Origin: the human T2T-CHM13v2.0 reference genome, Homo sapiens
NCBI RefSeq assembly: GCF_009914755.1
Contig: NC_060927.1
Length of the DNA: 64,000 nt
Strand: one strand, 5' to 3'
The translations under genes were made by a program, and so were the position numbers. Of this stretch, positions 28,003-40,890 are shown piece by piece. Numbering within the stretch: the first letter of the stretch is position 1; each line of letters opens with the position of its first letter. The notes under the pieces are model-generated. The model made no database searches. It was not told where the DNA came from and saw nothing but the letters and a program-made list of their open reading frames with translations.

Positions 28003-28459
28003 TGGCAACGCCCCCCACACCTAGGTCGTCTGGAAACAAGCTGAGTCAGGGCTGGTCTAGTCAGACTCCCTACCTGGTTCTGCAACCTCACCACACAGTC
28101 TCCGCCGTGCCACAGTTGCTGCATAGCTTCCTGCTTATGCAATGGCTTTGCCAAGGGCCTAGACACCCAGTCGGGCCTGGCTGAACCAGGGCCAAGTTGA
28201 AAAGGCAAAATCCAAGATGGAACTAAGCAACAAAAGAGTCAAGAATCCAGGCCCCTCCCACCCCAGAGCCGTGGGCTTGACGCTGAACCTGAGTCTTCCC
28301 CAACCCCCTTGTATGAGGACGTGTGTAGGCGGTAAGTGTTGTGCGACAATAGGATTATATTCATTCCACTTCCTTAATGAGCCAGGCTTCTTTTGGAAAT
28401 ATCAGGCTCCAAAGCTGAGACATATATAATGTTATATATAAATAGAATGAATATAAATA

Positions 28460-28752
<293 letters not shown>

Positions 28753-29859
28753 TGAATATAAATATATATGAATATAAACATATGTAGAGAGAATGAATAT
28801 AAATAGATATATACATATGCATATGTGCGTGTGTGTCTAGACATATAGATACCTATATACACCCCAGAATATCTTTCCTATTTCTGCAGGAATAGGGTCC
28901 CAGGGGCCTCAGAGGCTGTTTAGTCCAGCCCACTCCCCTTCCCTCCCTCCTCCCAGATAAGGAAATTGAGGCTTCCCACCAAATCATGTAGTTGGTGACT
29001 CGCCACGTTGGGAGCAGAATCCAGGCCTCCTCTTGAACACATCAGTGTCTGACTGAACTGAAACTGCACACAAGGCAGATGCCTGACAGCTACCACCCTC
29101 AGACGTCAGTCTAGCAGGGTTCCCTGCGAGGACCTTAAGGGAGGAGAGGGGCAGCTGGAGGCCCTGAAGTCAATAGGCGTGCAGGGCCGTCCTCTCCTCT
29201 GAGGTTTTTTGCGTGGGACTTCCAAAGAGAAGAAGCTTCTCCCAAGTATATTTTCAAAATTCTTCTCTACATCAGACACACGGAAAAAACACAGCCAAAA
29301 GGCATCGGTGTGCTGACCCCAGCCCAGGCCCAGCAGGCAGCATGACACAGGAAAAGGGGCCTGGCCCCAGCTGGCTGGGCAACCTGGGGCAAGTCATTCA
29401 GCCTCTTTGGGCTTTTGCTTTCCTATGTGCCACGTAGCGGGAGAGGGCATTCCAGTTCCCTACCCAACCTACTGTCCAAAGCTTTTGTCTCCAACTCTCT
29501 CATGCCAAGGCACAGCCCTGACTCTGCCAGCCCCCTGATCAGGGCCTCCCCAGGCAACAATAGGACCATGCCCATCACCGGGTACAAACTTTGTGGAGGT
29601 GTTGTGGACAGGGAGTGCCAGGCCTGGGTTTCCCTGGAGAGACACCGACGTGCAGGTACCACACATTTTGACTCCTGTCTTCTAAGTCGTAACACTGCAG
29701 CTCCCAGGATTTGCCAATTCAGCCCGGCTGCCCCCACCACGCTACTGATTACAGAACGGTCTAGAGACCAAGATGAACCTCCTGGGACTTAGGAAGCAGG
29801 ACTGTGAATTCCCTTCATGCCCTGACTCTCCTGTACCTGTGTCCCAATGTCAAGTCTGA

Positions 29860-30190
29860 GAACCACAGAAACCTAGGAAGTCAGGGCTTTAGAGGAAAGC
29901 TCGTGATTTTAGCCTCCTCTCTCCCAATCCATTTTACAGACGAGGAAACTGCCCCAGAGGGCGCAGGAGAGACAGGGCAGGACCAGGAACTAGCTCACAG
30001 GTTGTCTAGATCTAGTCCCCACCCACTTTATTCTAGGTGCGCCCTTGGGAAATTCACTTCATCCCTTAGAGTGGCAGTTTCCACCTCTGTCAAGGTGAAA
30101 ATAATCCCTTCTTTGTGGGGCTGCTGGAAGGATGAAGGAGGTTAATAAATGTAAAAGGCTTGGAGTAGTGCCCACCAGAGAAATTTGTCA
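29860..30190. mobile_element. Two adjacent MIR fragments in opposite orientation
   Basis: CCATTTTACAGACGAGGAAACTG (antisense core) then CAGTTTCCACCTCTGT...GTTAATAAATGTAAAAGGCTT (sense). Confidence 0.65.
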
Positions 30191-30199
30191 TTGTGAGCT

Positions 30200-31050
30200 C
30201 TATTAGTCACTTGCTCTAACAAACACCCCAAACCTTCAAAGTCTTAACACAAAAGAAGTTGATCACTCCTATAACATCCAACGCCAGCATTCCTTATGGG
30301 TGGGCTATTCGTCACATGGGGACCAGGAACTCAGGTTCATCATTTCCTGTGGTTTCCCCATCCCCGAGGACCCAGAAGGCCTCTGTTTCCAGTCAACAGA
30401 AGGGGGAAGACAGAGTGGAGAAAGCCCATCCACTCCTAAGCCTCAGCCCAGGGGTATTGCACGTGACTTCCATTCATACGCCACTGGCGAGAGCCAGCTC
30501 TATGGTGGCCATACTTGACATGGAAGAGTGGGGAGATGTAGTGTCTGGTTGAGTGGCCACCTCCCAACAACAAGCCCACCATACGGAAGGGGAGCCCACA
30601 TTTGTCTCTGCAACAACTAACAAATCCTCCTGACCTAGTGGCTTCACATGACACTTATTGGTTCACACTCTCTGAGTCAACAATGTGGGCTGGAACCAGC
30701 AGTGGTTTTTCTGCTAGTCTCATCTGGGGTCACTTATGCAGCTCCAGTTAGCGGACAGCCCGGCTGGGCCTGCATGGCCTAGGACGGCCTCATACACATG
30801 TTCATCCCTGAGCATGCTATCAGCCAGGGTGTCTCAGTTCTCCAGCAGCGCATTCACACGGCAGCAGAAGTCCAAGGCGGCAAGAGCAAGACACCACAAG
30901 GCTTCCTAAGGCCTAGATTTGGCAACCACGTAGCATCATTTCTGCCACATTCTACTGATCAAAGCAAGTCACCAGGCAAGTCCAGGTTTAAGGAGTAGGG
31001 AGACAGACTCCACCTCTCAAAAGAATCTGTGGCCATTTGCAATCTACACC
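30200..31050 (-). mobile_element. Two adjacent old MLT1 LTRs (K-like then G/H-like)
   Basis: TAACAAACACCCCAAA...GACTTCCATTCATACGCCACTGGC; second copy CTAGTGGCTT...CATTTCTGCCACATTCTACTGATCAAAGCAAGTCAC. Confidence 0.65.
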
Positions 31051-31249
31051 CAGGGGTGGAGGAGAAGGATCACCCTCAGAAGATAAGAGGTTGTATTTTA
31101 CACAGACCAGACACTCAGTGTCCTCTGCCATGGCTATCTGGTTGTCAGGATTTGAGAAGGAGTGTGGCTGCATCATACATATATGTAACCTATGGAGTCA
31201 ACGAATCCACTGGGGGAGGGCAGAGAGAGATTATTTAAAGAGTGTCTTT

Positions 31250-31765
<516 letters not shown>

Positions 31766-32298
31766 TCAATCGAAGAACTAACGATTCCAGTGCTGGAGGA
31801 AAATCTGGCCGGGATGCACTCACAGAGAGAGAGAGAGTGTCTGACTCCAGTGTTATGCCTTCCTAGGGGACTTTCAAGGGTAATGTGGACTACACAGGAT
31901 TCTAACCTAGTGTGCTAAGCTTAGAGCCCATCCTTCAGGTTAGCTAGGGCTCCCCTGGAGCACACATCTGTGCCAGCACAGGTGCTCAGTCACAGAGAGG
32001 AGTGTGGTTGGTCTCGTGCTAGGAGTCATGGATCTAACCAGTATGACTGCGGTGAACTCCTTTCCTCTCCCGGCCCTGGGAAGGGAACACTGGCCGACTA
32101 GAAAGACTCTAAAGGGAAGTGACCAGCACAGAGGGGCACAGAGCAGTCTGCAGACCAAGTCATGGGGATGATGGAAACGGCAGGTTTAGCCAGAGAAGAG
32201 AGACACAGAGAAGTTAAATATTCACATATTAGACAGGGTCAAACATGCTTGGTCATGTTATTATTCCCTATCCAGAGGCCTGCTGTGCTCTAGAGCAA

Positions 32299-32304
32299 TC
32301 CTCC

Positions 32305-32336
<32 letters not shown>

Positions 32337-32346
32337 CTCCTACTCC

Positions 32347-32408
<62 letters not shown>

Positions 32409-32547
32409 TTCCTCCTTCTCCTCTTCCTCCTCTTCCTCCTGCTCTTCCTCCTCTTCCTTCTCCTCTTCCTCCTCTTCCTCCTCCTACTCCTCCTCCTCTT
32501 CCTCCTCCTCTTCCTCCTCCTCTTCCTCCTCTTCCTCTTCCTCCTCT

Positions 32548-32587
<40 letters not shown>

Positions 32588-32733
32588 ACTCCTCCTCCTA
32601 CTCCTCCTCCTCTTCCTCCTCTTCCTCTTCCTCTTTCTCCTCTTCCTCCTCCTTGTCCTCTTCCTCCTCCTCTTCCTCCTCCTCCTCCTCTTCCTCCTCC
32701 TTCTCCTCCTCTTCCTCCTCCTCCTCCTCTCCC
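32299..32733. repeat. (TCC/TCT)n polypyrimidine simple repeat, ~435 bp
   Basis: Only 6 purines counted on the + strand across the tract; 3-nt periodicity maintained. Confidence 0.98.
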
Positions 32734-32929
32734 TTTCTGTCTCTCTCTTCCCTCCTTTGCTCCTTAAATTCAATGTCACCAGGTGATCCAATATATAAAA
32801 GCTGTGAGTGGTGATGCTCCCTCGGGCAGTTTAGATCTTCGCTTTTAGTGGAAAACACTTGCATTACGTGAAACTGAGGCAGGAGAATAGGACCTGGAAG
32901 CAAGGAACCTAATTAAAATTTAATAATTA

Positions 32930-33640
32930 GAAAATTTTAAAAGCAATTTTTATTACAAATGCACTTCTTAATGAGATAAATGGAGATAAATGGAGCTGGC
33001 TTTTTTCCAACTAGGTTGTGTATCAGTTGATGAATATGACTTACTGTTTTAATGAGTCGGAGTTGAGCATCAATTTTATACCTATTTTTCTGGTTTTTTA
33101 GATGTAGGCATTGAGAAACTCTAGTCATATCAGTAGATGGGAGTAGAAGGAGTTTTGTTCTAAAAAGGTCATTTAATTCTCTGAACTACTGACTTACGTG
33201 CCTGAAAATCATGTAGTAAACTACTATTAACTTTGATGAAAACCAAAAACTGAAAACCATTTGTTTGGCAAAAGGATTTTTACCAGTCTCAAGAGTCATT
33301 ATCCTTGTCATCTTCTGGAAAGAATACAAAAAAATTCTATTAAGACTTAGGAAATGACTCTTAATCAGACCCATTACTCTTTCCCTAAGAGGTACTTGAC
33401 TTAACCCATTATTGTCAGACGAGTTTAGGAAATCAAAATCTATTACTTAATTAAACTTTTGACAATACAACATTTTGATAAAATGCTTTTATATCATCAC
33501 TTGCTTTAAATATATTTTCAGAAAACCTAAAACTGCAAATTTAGTTAATTCAAATTATGAAAAATATGTCATATAACTTAATTATCAAACCAGTCCTTAC
33601 TATTAAATCTATCAACCAAATCAGGCTTTATGTCAGAAAA
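32930..33640 (-). mobile_element. hAT-Charlie DNA transposon fossil (transposase C-terminal half)
   Basis: Manual minus-strand translation gives ordered broken blocks KPDLVDRFNSKDWF, ENIFKASDDIKAFYQ, KNPFAKQMV, FRELNDLFRTKLLLLPST, KNRYKIDAQLRLI, resembling Charlie/Buster transposase motifs; stops and frameshifts present. Confidence 0.8.
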
Positions 33641-34165
33641 AGTCCAGCTTTAGAAACATGCTAACAGGCATTTTATGGAATACTATAAAACTTAGTAGAA
33701 GATAAACTTTGTAAAAGAACATCATAAGGTAGTGTTTTAAAAATGGTTCGAGCTTTACATCATTTTTGTCCAATGTAATATTTAACCTATTTTATAAGCT
33801 TTAAAAACAAAATAATAGCTCAATATATGATTACTGACTACTTAATTTATAAAGTTTATAATAATGTACTGTGAAGCCAAAATTGCAAGTGTTTTAGGAA
33901 GTGAGGAATATGATAAAAGCCATACTTCTTTGAACTCTGGTGTTTCACTTGGGGAATTAATTAAATAAGAATCAGAAATAATTCAATTAATTTCACTGAA
34001 TATAATGATCACATTTTACTATGTATTTAATAAAAGAGAAAGATAAATTCCACTAAAAAAGTTGGTCCACACTTAGCATATTTTAAATGGGAAGTAGAAA
34101 ATATAAGACATTCTACAAAATGAAATAAGATGAAGTTAACTCTCCTAGGACAATTTATGATGTGA

Positions 34166-34496
<331 letters not shown>

Positions 34497-34817
34497 TACC
34501 TACTTTATTAAATAATGAGCACAACATAGGAAAGACATCACATAAAAGTTGTATTTGTATATTTTTCATGATAGACTCAGGAAACATTACAGTTATATTT
34601 GGGGGCTAGAAGAATTAAAATTCTTAAACAAAAACAGTTATTACTCCCTCTACCTGACTCTACTACATTTCTGGATTGAGAATATCCCAGCCTGAGTCCC
34701 AATTCCCTATTTCTAAAGTGAGACTTCACCTCTAACGGAAATATGCATAAGACCAGGAACGGTTTTGTACTCCAGGGTGTTTTAATGGCTTGATTAGTCC
34801 TTAAAAGGCGTCTCCCC

Positions 34818-35151
<334 letters not shown>

Positions 35152-35416
35152 TCACAGGACGATGGGTATCTTGCTTTCTCCAGGCAGGGGAAGCATTACC
35201 GTCAACCCAAGTGCATCCCAGGGAGATGAGTTTAGGAAAGATCGTCATGCCTGTGAGGCTGAGAATCAGAGCATGATTCCCTCAAAACCTGCAGGGCTCA
35301 AGGCCCCTTGGTGACCTCTTCCACCTGCAGGGGTTTGCAGCCCTCACTCTGAACACCGCTGCCTTCGGGCGCTGGCATCCACAGTCTCTCTTCACTGCAG
35401 GTTCCGGTGACTCAGT

Positions 35417-35529
35417 CCAGCTGCCCCCGCCCGCCCACACTTACCCACGGGGCTTCACCCTCGCTGCCTCCCAGCTGCCCCCGTCGCCCCACACTTACCC
35501 TCGGGGCATCACCCTCGCTGCCTCCCAGC
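35417..35529. repeat. 54-bp GC-rich tandem duplication (2 copies, ~5 mismatches)
   Basis: Units start at 35417 and 35471; the ORF track shows the 18-aa repeat SCPRPPTLTHGASPSLPP/SCPRRPTLTLGASPSLPP. Confidence 0.93.
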
Positions 35530-35869
35530 CCCTCTCACGGAGGAAGGCTGAACATGTTCTCCCTGGAAACTGAGGCCTGGGTGAGGAGGGGCTGCTGGAG
35601 AGCAGGAATCTGCTCCCATCTTCAGGACCCTCCCTGGAGAAGGACACTTTCCCACCTCCACTAGATTCTCTGGAAATTCTTCAGTCATCATCTGTATTCC
35701 CTGAAAAAAAAAAAAAAAAGTGGGGGTGGGGGCACGTTTTATCCCTTAAAAAAGGGAGAAGTCTTTCTTGATTCCCAAAACAGCAGAAAATCAACATTAT
35801 TTGGCTTTTTTACTTCCAAGACAGACTTTTGGAGTTTGCCAGGCTGGGCTGCTTGCGTTAATGGCAGCA

Positions 35870-36090
35870 TGGATCAGGGAAAATGCCAAGACGCTGAGGT
35901 CTGAACACCTGGACTCCAATCCCAACCCCGCACTCATCCACCGTGTGACTTTGAGCAAGTCACTCCACCTCTTTGAGCCCTAATTTAAGTCCAAAATGTG
36001 GTGGTTGATACCTGACTCCCAGAGTATGGGGGAGGATTAAATGGGAGCATACACCTACAGGACCCAGGACAGTTCCCTGGGGTCAGGAGA
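35870..36090 (+). mobile_element. MIR SINE
   Basis: GTGTGACTTTGAGCAAGTCACT...CCTCTTTGAGCC...GAGGATTAAATG. Confidence 0.75.
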
Positions 36091-37764
36091 TGCCCCGTGA
36101 CATCCTTTCCATCCCACTGTCCCTTGCTCTCCAGCTCAGAGTCAGGACCCGTCCAGCCCTCTGGGACAAGCCCAAGGAGCTGCTGCCCTATTTCCCTTCT
36201 CTAACCCTCAGCCCTAGCACACAGGCTCGGCTCTCTGGGTTCCCCCTTTTGCAGGCAGCCCCTGCCCTGCCCCAGCTCCTGCCCCAAAGCCTTCCTCAGA
36301 CTTCACAGGGTCCGTGTCCTTCCCCTCTGAGCCTGGACCACTGGGTGTCACACACATGTGTACACTCTTGCACACACCAGTGCACAACCTCCCCCCCAAC
36401 CCCCTGCCCTCCTAGGGCTCCCTTTGTGGCTGAAGCCAAACCCAGAGAAAAATGCAAAGTAGAAAGAAGAAGAATGGAGTCCATTTTTCACATTCTTCCA
36501 GGATCCATGAACTTCAGGGTGCTCAGATGGGAAATGAATATGGGCCTCTTTTTTAATCCTACATCTACTTCATTGTCTCAATTGGGAGAGTAATTAATAA
36601 ATGATTAATGGGAATGGCTTCTACAAAGATGGAATGATCCCGAGATGTGTTGCAACCTGCTGCCCAGATCGTCTTTAGAGAATTTAGAGCTGCTGATAGC
36701 TTCAGGTTGACTCTTTTCCTTTACATAGCAGATAATGCCCCAGGCGGAGGGACTGTCTCCCCAGAGCTGAGCACTTGACTCACATCAAAGGGAAAAACCA
36801 AGCTTAACATTAAACAGCGGGTTCAAAGTACCAGAGCAGCCCATCTCCAAGGCAGTGTGAGAGCCCCAGGCTGCGGGCCTTCCAGGCCAGTGAGAGCCAG
36901 GCTTGTGCCCTGATGATCGAAGGCACCTTCTCCCACTGCCCTGGGGATTTCATGGGAGCCAACAAGATGCCACGGAAATTAATACATAAATAAAAGGAAG
37001 TATAGACCCACAAAGGCAGCAGCAGTGACCTTCGGATGAGATCTTAGGGTTGACTTTGAATTGTTATTTATTGTGCTGTTTTTCTGCATTGAGCTTGCAT
37101 TATTTCTGGAAACTTTGTAATGTAATTTTTGAAGAATCTGGTACAAGGCATCTGAAAGGCACCTGATTATGTAAAGGCAGACAGACTGAACACAGATGGT
37201 CTGCTCAACCCCTTTTCAGGGTGAAAAAATGCTTGGTTCTAAGGTGGGCAGAGGTCCTGAGGACTTCACAGCAGGACCAGGTCAGATGACACGAAGGGAG
37301 CGAAGACTCTCACTGAGATCACTCTGCCACCGCGTCCTCTACAGTCTCTGCCAGGCCTCCAGGCCCTCATGCCCTGATCCTGCTGAGACTCCCCAGCCCA
37401 GCTTTCCCACGAGTGCCAGGCCAGAGAACCCACAGCCAAATGTATTTTCAAAGCCAACGACAGCTCTGCCTCCACTTGAGTGAGCTTAGGAAACGCAGGA
37501 AGAAAGGAATCCAGGCGCCCAAGAGGTGAAAGGAAAGAAGTGCTTTACTTGACCAAAGGTAGAACACGTACTTCCGGGGGGTGCAGAGCTCTTGACTATT
37601 CGAAGCTTCCACATTTGAATTTCGCTCCAGAAGGCGCAGTCCGGGCTTTGAACTGCTTTTCTGCTGGAAAGCAGCACCACCGTATCCCCTGGTTTTGTGC
37701 TTCCCTTGCTACTGACTTAATTGAAAGTCCAGTTTCCATCCTTCAAAATGTAACCTAAACCTGA

Positions 37765-38020
37765 AAATGTGTAGAGACACAAAGTAGATGAGGGTGTCGA
37801 GGGGTGGGTGTAGGGATGGGGATTAACTGTAAATGGGTGTGAGGGATCTTACTGGGGGTGAAAATGCTCTAAAACTGGTTTCTGGTGATGGTTGTGCCAC
37901 TCAGTAAGTTACTAAAAGTCATTGAATTTTACACTTAAAATGATTGAATTTCATGATCTGTAAAATAGACCTCAATAAAGCTAGTCATAAAAACAAAACA
38001 ACAACAACAAAAACAAAACA
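37765..38020 (+). mobile_element. L1MB-type 3' end with tail
   Basis: GGTGATGGTTGTG...CATTGAATTTTACACTTAAAATG...CCTCAATAAAGCT then (AAC)n. Confidence 0.85.
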
Positions 38021-39120
38021 CCCATTCTTATATAACCTCCTCTCCAAACTCTTCCCAGCTGCCATCACGCATGGAGCTGATCACGCCCTCCTCGGAACGC
38101 CTGCAGCTCTCTGGGTTTCCCTCCCTAACCTGTGAGATTGGTGGTTGTTCCTGCCTCTCCCATCTAGACCAGGCCCCGTCATCTCTGACTGCCCTATGTC
38201 TCTGCCCCAGGGTCGCCCAACGTCCTGAAAACCTGCCTGGCCTGAATAAATGAAGGGAGGACGGGGGACAGCTTGCAAGCTCACTCTATGAGCTCCATTG
38301 CCCAGGCCTTCTTGGCTTCCGGGAACTTAACTGGACACACAGACCTATTTCATTCACACCCCCAAGCCACCCCATCCCAGGCCCAGTGGGACAGACAAGA
38401 TCACATGCCTTGTGACCCAAAACTCAAGGACACTGCTACATCCAAGCACAGAAGGAAGTCGCCTCATCGAAGCTCTTATGCTAAGGTATTCATACCCCCG
38501 TTATTTATAACAGTAACAAAGCTGAAAGACCAATAGGGCATTGGTTAAATAAAAGTACCACCGTAAGAGGCATTATATAGTGAATTAAAAGGATATTCCT
38601 CAAAACAATTTAATGGATGGAAGACTATTTACAATATCATAGCAAGCCACAAAAGCAGGTTGTAAAAATGTAAACTGTATGTATGATCCCTATCTGGTTT
38701 TTGTAAGTAAAAACTGGAAAGAATAGCAAAATGTTTACAGTGTATTTGTGGATGCTTTTCATTTCTATCCTTATACTTTTTTGCATTTTCTAATTTTCTA
38801 CAATGAACATACATTACTTATTTAAAAAATCACTTAAAGAATATAGAAAAGCCCAAAGAGTAATACAATAAAAGCCATGTAGCTGTTCCCTAAAATTAGG
38901 AAAGATCCTATTTTATTTACATCAATCTCATGTTTTTAAAGAATAAAACAAAACAGATTAGATAAAATCTTCTTTAGATAATATCTTCTTTATTCTCTTC
39001 CCCAGTCCTAGTCCCTCCCAACCTCTCCAGAGACAACAGCTTTTTTAGATTAGATGTAGATCCAGTCCATGTTTTAATATTTGTATTATATTGACTACAT
39101 AGAATTATAATAGATTTTTG

Positions 39121-39536
<416 letters not shown>

Positions 39537-39683
39537 TTAACTTCCGTATAATAGTCTATTGCATAATTTGCCACATATATTCATCTATTCCTCCTCTGAT
39601 GGACTTCTGATTTGTTTCTAATTTTTGCTGTAAGACGCAATACAGTGAATATCGATGGGCGTGTTTTCCTGTGCACACTAGAG

Positions 39684-39850
39684 CAGTGGTTCTCTAGTGT
39701 GGTTCCAGGACCAGCAGCATCAGCATCCCCTGAGAACTTGACAGAAGGGAAAATCCTCAGGCTGCACCCCAGACTGAATTAGAAACTCTGGGGTCAGTGC
39801 CTGGCAATCTGCAGTTTGGAGGCAAACTACATGTGGTTTGAGAACCATTG
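39684..39850. mobile_element. MER5A hAT-Charlie MITE
   Basis: TIRs CAGTGGTTCTC...GAGAACCATTG; flanks CACTAGAG/CTTTAGAC; internal GGACCAGCAGCATCAGCATC. Confidence 0.88.
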
Positions 39851-40443
39851 CTTTAGACTAGAGAACATAGCTAGAAATGGAATCCCTAGGTCCTGGGGCC
39901 TGCCGTTTTAGGGTCCACCAAGTACCCCCCAACAGCTCTCGAAGCAGCTTGCTGATTTACCTCCCACCAACGGCGTTATGAGGGCTTCTCCACGTCTTCC
40001 CCAGTACTGGCCCTGTCAACCAGACTACTTTTAGCCAAGATGATGGATGGAGATGCTATTTCATTGTTGTTTAAATTTGCATTGCCATGATTATTAAAGA
40101 TGTTTCACGTACATATTAACCACTCAGTTTTCTTCTTCTTTCAATAATTTTACAATCACAAAAAACAGATTTGAAAACATATACACTTCAAGCCGTACTC
40201 ACTTGTCTTATCATCCTGTTTAAGACATGAAAGACTGGACCAGAACTCCATGGCATGTCCAGCCACCCAGACACCTCCCTGTTCCGTGGTCTGCCCCTCG
40301 GCTCTGATCTCAGTCTCTAGGCCTCTCCCAGGATGACCTCCCACGCTGAAGCTCACACTCTCCTCCCATAACTACAGCCATCCTGAGCCCATCTGCCTGG
40401 GAATCATCCCTGCCCAAGAGTTAATGACAGGGGGTGAGTGCTC

Positions 40444-40553
40444 TTCCCAGCCCAGCCCCAGCCCCAGAGGACATGGGACCTCATTCAAGAGATTCAGTTT
40501 CCCAGCCCCGACCCAGCCCCAGGGGACACGGGGCCTGATTCAAGAGATCAAGT
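40444..40553. repeat. Diverged 55-bp tandem duplication (2 copies, 8 mismatches)
   Basis: TTCCCAGCCC...ATTCAAGAGAT..AGT units starting at 40444 and 40499. Confidence 0.88.
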
Positions 40554-40585
40554 ACAGTAGATGCTTAACAAGGTTGAGAGACTAA

Positions 40586-40890
40586 CTCATTCAATCATTT
40601 ATTCATTCAACCAAAAACTATTCATTGAACAACATCGGTGTGCCAGGCACTGAGCTCAGCAGATTGGTGAGTGGTGACCATTATTTGTGGGCCCTCCTGG
40701 ACCTCACAGTTCCTTGGAAGAGACAGACATTAAATGTGCAATTCCACAAATTAATGTAAAGTTGCAACCATCACAACAGCCAAGAGACGGAGGTGGATAG
40801 AATGGTGAGAACTGGTCAGGGAGGTGAGGATGGATTCCCGAGGAGGTGAGGATTCAGCTGAGACCCGGAGGAGGCAGAGGCGTGCTTTCC
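40586..40890 (-). mobile_element. L2 LINE 3' end
   Basis: TCATTCAATCATTTATTCATTCAAC tail repeat; TGTGCCAGGCACTG. Confidence 0.8.

Noticed and set aside
32245-32903. Poly-Ser (+), poly-Arg/Lys (-) and poly-Glu (-) ORFs as protamine-like or acidic proteins
   Set aside because: All are translations of the TCC/TCT simple repeat; the Glu frame is broken by TAG codons
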